Shown: positions 24,706 through 30,674 of the stretch, piece after piece
Position numbering within the stretch: position 1 is the stretch's first letter
How the letters are laid out: each line of letters starts with the position of its first letter
Origin: a virus
Lineage: Duplodnaviria > Caudoviricetes
IMG/VR virus record: IMGVR_UViG_3300042510_000016
Location: 1 to 30,674 of that record
DNA: 30,674 bases
Strand: one strand, 5' to 3'
Notes under the pieces: model-generated
What the model was told of the DNA's origin: nothing
What the model saw: the letters and a program-made list of their open reading frames with translations, nothing else
Databases searched by the model: none
Translations under genes and position numbers: made by a program

Positions 24706-27700
24706 TATCCTACAATTGTCCTAACGTATTTAACTGTGGTATTAGAAGAAACAGGTGTGAATCTCAACGCAACGTGAGAAACGTTTGGAGCAACGAAACT
24801 AAATGTTCCTACGTTTGTGTTTGTTGTAATAGTAGCAAATTCTGTCATATATCCTGTGGCACGATCATGTGTTGTTAGAATCTTTGACATATAACGGTTA
24901 TTAGCTACGTTGTCAACAACACTGACAATATATTCAGCTGCTGGATAGCTAACCATTGAGTAAGCATCAATTTCTTGAGTGGTTGTACCGGTAGTAGTAA
25001 TTGATGCATTTGTAGTAGCTGGAGCAATAATACCCCATTGACCGTTTGCGTTCAGATAATACTGACCAGAAGCGATAGCTGCTGAATTTGGAGTAGTTAT
25101 AGAAAGATTTACAGTTGAATTGGAAATCTTAATAGTTGAAGAATTCGCAACCAAATTAGCTGTAGCACTACCAATAAAAATATCGGTCAACACATCAATC
25201 GAAGCAGTGTTTATGCCGGTAGAATTAGCAGTAAACGAAGTTCCGATATTCAATGATGTGGCGTTAACAATACCAGTATAAACACCAGTAGAGTTAGCAA
25301 TGGTTGACGTTCCAACAGTATGGCTAGCTGCATTAATATTAGTAACATAAGCGCCGGAAGAATTGACAACCGAAGAACCGCCAACAGTTATTGTATTACC
25401 AAAAATGGCGCTCTGAGTTACGTTTGCATTAGTAACCCAAAGGACAGCCCATCTATATGATGTGTTACCTAGACTATAAGTGTCATTTGTTGCTGGGACA
25501 ACGTCAGCGGAAGATACACCAGCATATGTTAGATTACCAGAAACCTGTAGATCGCCAAGAACGTTTAGCTTACCAGCCACATTAGCATAAGTACCGTTGA
25601 ATTGAGCGTTTCCGCCAATAGTCATAACACCAGTGTGATTTATGGTAGTGGCGTTAGCGACAAAAGAAGAACCAACAGTATGAGAAGAACCATTGACAAC
25701 TCCGGTATAAACACCAGTGGAATTGGCTATTGTTGAGGTTCCGACAGTATGGCTAGCAGCGTTTACAGTTGTAGTATAAACGCCAGTAGCATTAGCAATT
25801 GTAGAAGTTCCAACTGTGTGTGCCGCTGCATTTACAGTTGTGGTATAAACACCAGTAGCATTAGCAACAGTGGAAGTTCCTACAGTGTGCGCAGCTGCGT
25901 TCATCAAACCAGTGTGATAAGCACCAGTAGTGTTAGCAATAAAAGAAGAACCAACAGTAACAGAAGAACCATTGACTATTCCAGTATAAACGCCAGTAGC
26001 ATTAGCAATTGTAGAAGTTCCAACAGTAATAGAAGAACCGTTTACAACGCTGGTGTAAACACCAGATGAATTTGCTATTGTAGAAGTTCCGACTGTGTGG
26101 CTAGCTGCATTAACAGTTGGTGTATAAACTCCGGATGAGTTAGCAACAGTTGCTGAACCGTTGACATTCAAACCAGCAGAAGTAACAACAGTATTGATTG
26201 TGTTGTTACCGATTAGGAGTGTTGTACCATTAAGTAGCGATGCGCCCGCACCAGTTGTTACAGTTCCGGTAGTAAACGAAGCAGCATTAGCAGTTCCGGT
26301 ATAAACACCAGTAGAGTTAGCTATTGTTGCAGAACCATTGACGTTCAAGCCAGCAGATGTGACAACGGTGTTAATAGTGTTATTACCTAGGAATACAGTA
26401 GTTACGTTCTGAACGCTACCACCAGTTCCTATTGTCACATTACCTGCAGTAAACGAAGAAGCGTTAACAGTTGTGGTATAAACGCCGCTAGAGTTAGCAA
26501 TTGTGCTAGTTCCAACACTGTGCACCGCAGCATTAACTGTTCCTGTTGTCCAGAAGCCAGAAGTATTTCCGATTGTTGAAGATGTAACTTGAAGCGCAGT
26601 TGTATTGGCAGTAAATCCACCAGCGCCTGTTGTGATTACAGTGCTATTAACTAATGAAGTTCCAACAGTTAGGCTGATTGGGTCTAGATTAGCTGAACCA
26701 GAATTATTAGCCATAATAAGGCGATTAATGCTCTGGTCTGAATAAACAGTGGTGTTACCAACGAAGTATGAAGATGTATTAATCTGAATATTAGCAGCAA
26801 CTTTAACAACGCTAGTGTTGGCAGTTATACCGTTAGCCCCAGTAGTAATTACAGTGCTATTGACAACCGAAGTTCCTACTGTTAAGCTAACAGGATCTAG
26901 ATGAATTGACCCAACGCTATTAGCGATAGTAACACTGTTTGCATCCAAGATAGAATTAGCAGTAGTGTTACCAACAAAATATGTTGTTGTGTTAATCTGG
27001 ATATTGGCAGCCACCTTAACAACACTGGTATTAGCAGTTATGCCATTAGCACCAGTAGTAATCACAGTGCTATTAACGACAGAAGTGCCAACAATCAAAC
27101 CAATTGGATCTAGGTTAGCTGATCCGGAATTATTAGCAATAGTGAATCGATTTATGCTTTGATCAGAATAAACGCTGGCGTTACCAACAAAGTATGAAGA
27201 GGTATTGATCTGAATATTGGCTGCAATTTTTACTGCACTGGTGTTGGCAGTTATACCGTTAGCCCCAGTAGTAATAATAGTGCTATTAACTAGTGAAGTT
27301 CCGATAGTTAAGCTGATTGGATTTAGGTTAGCTGAACCAGTAGAATTAGCAATTCTTATTAAAGTAGCATTAGACAACGCATTTACGGTGCTGTTACCAA
27401 CGTCAACAGCTATAGCGTTTACTACGACATTAGAAGTTGCAACTGCAACATAGAATTGAGAAGTGTTTGCTACAACGTTTGAACCAACTGTAATAGCAGA
27501 AGTATTAGCAACTAAACCACCAGCGCCAGTTGTAATAATTGTGCTGTTGACTAGGGAAGTCCCTACAGCAAAACTTACTGGGGTGATATTAGCTGAAATA
27601 GTAGAATTTGCAACCTTCACTAACGAAGAATTAGCAAAAGTGTTTATGGTTGTATTACCAACAAGAATTGAACTAGAATTAGATAATACGTTTGTTGTTG

Positions 27701-28355
27701 TATTACCGATAACAATAGTTGATGTGTTCATAAACACATTTGCACCAACGGTCACAGCCTGTGTATTAGCAAAAAGGCTGTTAGAACCGACCATTGAAAT
27801 AGAAGTGCTATTTACTAAAGAATTGCCAATTGAAAGAGAATTATAATTCATTACAGCTAATGCAGCGCCATTTGTAATCTGCAATAGAGTAGAATTGGCT
27901 ATTGTATTGACAGTAGTGTTAGATCTGAAAAGTAATGTAGTGCTGTTAGCTATTAGATTGGTTGTGGCGGCACCAGTATGAGTTATGTATAGTTGGTTGG
28001 TATTAACAACGACATTAGAACCGACATAAACAGCATAAGTGTTTAGAGATTCAGAGTCCAAATAAGAATTTACTGTAGAATTACCAATAGAAATCGCCGA
28101 AGTGTTAACATATGTAAAGTTGTAAATATCTACACTGTTATTACCAATCAATAAAGAATTATTAACATGTGCTGTGGTGTTAATAACCAAAGAATCAGCA
28201 GTAAATTTACCAGTAATAGCTGCATTACCAGCTGCCGCATTAGAACCATTTGCTGTAACGGCCAACACTGAGAAAGTGTAAGCCAGTTCATTGGTTCTAT
28301 TACGCCAGAAATCAAAAGTGTTATTTGTTCCTACATTGGAAATATTTACTGTCAT
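24705..28355 (-). CDS. Large fibre-like virion protein (1216 aa)
   Basis: N-terminal NTFDFWRNRTNEL motif; nested 71-, 59- and 23-aa repeats; C-terminal beta domain (EIDAY..AEYIVSV..THD..YMTEFA..LRFTP). Confidence 0.85.
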   Translation of the reverse strand: MTVNISNVGTNNTFDFWRNRTNELAYTFSVLAVTANGSNAAAGNAAITGKFTADSLVINTTAHVNNSLLIGNNSVDIYNFTYVNTSAISIGNSTVNSYLDSESLNTYAVYVGSNVVVNTNQLYITHTGAATTNLIANSTTLLFRSNTTVNTIANSTLLQITNGAALAVMNYNSLSIGNSLVNSTSISMVGSNSLFANTQAVTVGANVFMNTSTIVIGNTTTNVLSNSSSILVGNTTINTFANSSLVKVANSTISANITPVSFAVGTSLVNSTIITTGAGGLVANTSAITVGSNVVANTSQFYVAVATSNVVVNAIAVDVGNSTVNALSNATLIRIANSTGSANLNPISLTIGTSLVNSTIITTGANGITANTSAVKIAANIQINTSSYFVGNASVYSDQSINRFTIANNSGSANLDPIGLIVGTSVVNSTVITTGANGITANTSVVKVAANIQINTTTYFVGNTTANSILDANSVTIANSVGSIHLDPVSLTVGTSVVNSTVITTGANGITANTSVVKVAANIQINTSSYFVGNTTVYSDQSINRLIMANNSGSANLDPISLTVGTSLVNSTVITTGAGGFTANTTALQVTSSTIGNTSGFWTTGTVNAAVHSVGTSTIANSSGVYTTTVNASSFTAGNVTIGTGGSVQNVTTVFLGNNTINTVVTSAGLNVNGSATIANSTGVYTGTANAASFTTGTVTTGAGASLLNGTTLLIGNNTINTVVTSAGLNVNGSATVANSSGVYTPTVNAASHTVGTSTIANSSGVYTSVVNGSSITVGTSTIANATGVYTGIVNGSSVTVGSSFIANTTGAYHTGLMNAAAHTVGTSTVANATGVYTTTVNAAAHTVGTSTIANATGVYTTTVNAASHTVGTSTIANSTGVYTGVVNGSSHTVGSSFVANATTINHTGVMTIGGNAQFNGTYANVAGKLNVLGDLQVSGNLTYAGVSSADVVPATNDTYSLGNTSYRWAVLWVTNANVTQSAIFGNTITVGGSSVVNSSGAYVTNINAASHTVGTSTIANSTGVYTGIVNATSLNIGTSFTANSTGINTASIDVLTDIFIGSATANLVANSSTIKISNSTVNLSITTPNSAAIASGQYYLNANGQWGIIAPATTNASITTTGTTTQEIDAYSMVSYPAAEYIVSVVDNVANNRYMSKILTTHDRATGYMTEFATITTNTNVGTFSFVAPNVSHVALRFTPVSSNTTVKYVRTIVG
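26620..27330. repeat. 71-aa (213-nt) coding tandem repeat, about 3.3 copies
   Basis: The L(D/N)P(I/V) anchor recurs at about 26681, 26894, 27107 and 27320, a 213-nt period. Confidence 0.85.
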
Positions 28356-28358
28356 TTA

Positions 28359-28574
28359 TTAACTTCTTTTTAAGAGTTGGCCGAGCATATTCTTTATCTC
28401 TTCTAAATCTTGTTCCACCTTTTGAATTCTTTCTGAGTTCTTCATACCGTCTATAAACATCTGTTTTTGTTTTTTATACGCAGAAAGTTTTTGATTATCG
28501 ACATTAAGTATAGCCCCGCTGGTTGGGTCTTTAACGATTCCTTCGAAATCTGTTTTATAATATTTATTTTCCAT
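28359..28574 (-). CDS. Conserved small phage protein (71 aa)
   Basis: GIVKDPTSGAILN motif plus a C-terminal coiled-coil; directly follows the VrlC-like gene. Confidence 0.75.
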   Translation of the reverse strand: MENKYYKTDFEGIVKDPTSGAILNVDNQKLSAYKKQKQMFIDGMKNSERIQKVEQDLEEIKNMLGQLLKRS

Positions 28575-28577
28575 TTT

Positions 28578-30674
28578 TTACATCTGTAATGCTAGAGCTC
28601 TTAAATCATCGATAATAGGCACTTTTGAGCTATCATTTGATTTGAGAACGATTTTAATTTGGAATTGTTTGAACGAAGTATATGTCTTACCGTCCAAACT
28701 AGAATAAGTCAACCCTAAAGGACTCTCGAAATAAACATTAGCCCCAGAAGCGTTTGAACTCCATGGAGTTCCTACAGTCAAATATGTGTTATTAGCAACA
28801 GAAACAATTATCTGCGAATCGTTGGCGACTTGAACAATATTTCCAGGTCTAAAGTCTGTAATGAAAGTTGTTCCGTTTCCGATAACAGCGTTATTGGTTG
28901 TCGATACAGTAACATTACCTGTTAATTGAGTGACGTTTTGTCTAGACATGAAAGCTGTAGTCGGAGGGAAAGCCAAATAAGCAGTCTGCGCAGTAGCATT
29001 AGAACTAGGTGCTGATTCTAGAGTTAGATTAGTATTGCTAGTTATACTAATAATCTTTCTGCTGTAAATAGTGTTAATAGTAGTGTCATTTGGTATAGCA
29101 TACATAAACCAACCAGGACTCAACTCAGTTGTAAATAGAGTGCTTGTGCCAACGACTGTTGTGCAAGCAGTATTGCATGTTACTGTTCCTGTCATTTTAA
29201 GAGCAGGATAGTTTGAAGAGGTTGTAAATGTATATTCTTTAAAATCGCTTGGGTTACTTGGATCTGAATAATAATCCAAAGAACTATTGATCAAAGGAGT
29301 CCATGTTTTCTGAGAAATTGGTTCTGGATCTTCGCCATTAAGGAACTTGACCCAAACTTCTACTTCTGAACCAACTGGTCTGAACGCAGTTAGAACAACT
29401 TGAATGTCCTCTGCATCTTGACCTGCAGCAAGGCTGACAACCTTTGATACATATTTTGATTTCGCATCACCAGAATTAAAGAATTCGTCGTATTGGAAAT
29501 TGACCGGATCAATTTCATTTTTAATTACTAACTGCTGATCTCTGACAGTGTCAATAGCAGGAGAAAGGAAAGCACTATCACTGACCATTCTAGCTTTATA
29601 AGTGAACGATTTAGCGCCACTCATGCTAGTAATTTCGTTTGATCTACTAGCAACTATTCTTTCTCTGTCGTAGAATTCAGATTCATAACCAGGAGTTACT
29701 CTGTTGTCCAAAGTATCAACCGAGTATGTATTACTTGTACCTCTATAATAGAGGTCCAAAGTTGTTCCTGCAGGGGTAATAAATGCCAACTGTGGAACAA
29801 CAGCGTCTACTACTGGATTGTATAATGTGCCACTATTAGCGTATGCAATCAGAGTTGTGTTATTTGGGCTTGAAATCGTTGTGTTACTAAATCTATGAAT
29901 CTGAACATAAGAGTTACCGCTAAAATTACCAGTAGAAGAATCGCAATATAGAATGTTCTTAACAGCATCATAATAATTGATTGTAGCATAAACACTAGTA
30001 TTGACCGTTCCACCAGTAGCATTTGATGTTGAATTTGTTGATTTGAATACGACATCTCCGGAAATGATACTTGCACTAGTATTGACGTAACCTACGTTAT
30101 ATACCGAAACATATTCGTTATTACTGTTGTAGAATACAGCCTGACCTTCATTGGTCTTAAAATTTGCTCTATATAAATTGAACTTTACGTATTCTTCCTG
30201 AAGAGCAGTCCATTGTTTTTCGGTGGCGCCATAAAAAGCTGTCCCCACTACGGGCTGACTGTACACTTGATAACCAGTTTCAATATCAACGTCTCCGAGA
30301 TTACAAGTCCATACATGATAATCTGGGTCGTTTGCGTCAGGTCTTACCACGAAAGCATATGTTTTGCCATTCATCAAAAAAACTGGAGATTGAAAAGTAA
30401 ATGTAGTCGGATTTGTAGCATCTGCGCTAATGTTTATTTCATCGTAACTTTTATGAACTTTGGAAAATGGTAAGATCACATCGCCATTTGGGTATCCATT
30501 TTCAGTTTCACAAAGATATACTGTTACACCATTTTCTCTTATCTGTGATTTTTGTTTGAAGAAAAGTCTTAGAGCTGTGGCGTATATTCCTGCTTCTCCA
30601 TTTGGAGTATTAATTGTCAACGCCTGCGCTAACGGTTCTAAAAAGAACAACCAAATTGGAGGAGGTGGAGGTGG
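28578..30674 (-). CDS. C-terminal 698 aa of a large baseplate-associated structural protein (VrlC/DUF4815-like); 5' end lies outside the window
   Basis: The frame is open to the right edge (PPPPPPIWLFFLEPLAQAL...). Motifs EPLAQ (cf. DPLAQTF), T.FTFQSPVFL, KFNLYRANF, LSPAID, KYVSKVVSL and FKQFQIKIVL..VPIIDDLRALAL. Confidence 0.8.
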   Translation of the reverse strand, partial: PPPPPPIWLFFLEPLAQALTINTPNGEAGIYATALRLFFKQKSQIRENGVTVYLCETENGYPNGDVILPFSKVHKSYDEINISADATNPTTFTFQSPVFLMNGKTYAFVVRPDANDPDYHVWTCNLGDVDIETGYQVYSQPVVGTAFYGATEKQWTALQEEYVKFNLYRANFKTNEGQAVFYNSNNEYVSVYNVGYVNTSASIISGDVVFKSTNSTSNATGGTVNTSVYATINYYDAVKNILYCDSSTGNFSGNSYVQIHRFSNTTISSPNNTTLIAYANSGTLYNPVVDAVVPQLAFITPAGTTLDLYYRGTSNTYSVDTLDNRVTPGYESEFYDRERIVASRSNEITSMSGAKSFTYKARMVSDSAFLSPAIDTVRDQQLVIKNEIDPVNFQYDEFFNSGDAKSKYVSKVVSLAAGQDAEDIQVVLTAFRPVGSEVEVWVKFLNGEDPEPISQKTWTPLINSSLDYYSDPSNPSDFKEYTFTTSSNYPALKMTGTVTCNTACTTVVGTSTLFTTELSPGWFMYAIPNDTTINTIYSRKIISITSNTNLTLESAPSSNATAQTAYLAFPPTTAFMSRQNVTQLTGNVTVSTTNNAVIGNGTTFITDFRPGNIVQVANDSQIIVSVANNTYLTVGTPWSSNASGANVYFESPLGLTYSSLDGKTYTSFKQFQIKIVLKSNDSSKVPIIDDLRALALQM

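Noticed and set aside
8940-27330. Regularly spaced repeats as a CRISPR array
   Set aside because: All periods are multiples of 3, lie inside ORFs, vary at synonymous sites and have no unique spacers.
14192-28355. Two fibres both exactly 1216 aa long
   Set aside because: They have different termini and repeat layouts, so the match is treated as coincidence.
28561-28568. AATAAATA box as a late promoter
   Set aside because: It lies inside the AT-rich start of the 71-aa gene, about 200 nt from the next start codon, and is likely a chance match.
858-30473. All + strand ORFs and the short alternative-frame minus ORFs in the track (e.g. 2265-2642, 7744-7950, 12181-12600, 25749-26069)
   Set aside because: They overlap well-supported minus-strand genes and read as shadows of biased codons; for example, the poly-Pro ORF is the antisense of poly-Gly codons.
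30648-30650. TTG start for the 690-aa ORF
   Set aside because: The frame stays open to the window edge and the sequence begins mid-domain, so the gene is 5'-truncated.
1-30674. Stop-codon reassignment
   Set aside because: Conserved genes translate full length under the standard bacterial code, and TAA, TGA and TAG all appear as true stops.

Overview
This window is part of the late (morphogenesis) region of a T4-like myovirus, and every credible gene is on the minus strand. In transcription order (right to left) it carries: the C-terminal part of a large baseplate-associated VrlC/DUF4815-like protein; about 21 kb of fibre and fibre-accessory genes (five large Asn/Thr/Ser/Gly-rich fibres of 1216, 511, 1380, 1216 and 777 aa, plus small tip-like proteins each followed by a chaperone-like gene); then the canonical gp13-gp14-gp15-gp16-gp17-gp18 block. 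gp18 (tail sheath, 868 codons) and a 59-aa gene are missing from the ORF track and were translated by hand. T4-type late promoter boxes (TATAAATA and variants) and one intrinsic terminator are visible. The most striking unexplained signal is the density of N-X-S/T (N-glycosylation sequon) tripeptides in presumed surface-exposed virion proteins and in the inserted domains of the sheath, while terminase, neck and chaperone-like proteins almost lack them. This suggests a possibly N-glycosylated virion, but no glycosyltransferase lies in this window. Other points of interest are a possible docking-motif chain of fibres, an array of tip+chaperone pairs, and near-identical DNA modules shared between fibre genes. 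Family assignments come from recognising motifs by eye, not from database searches, and all counts are manual.
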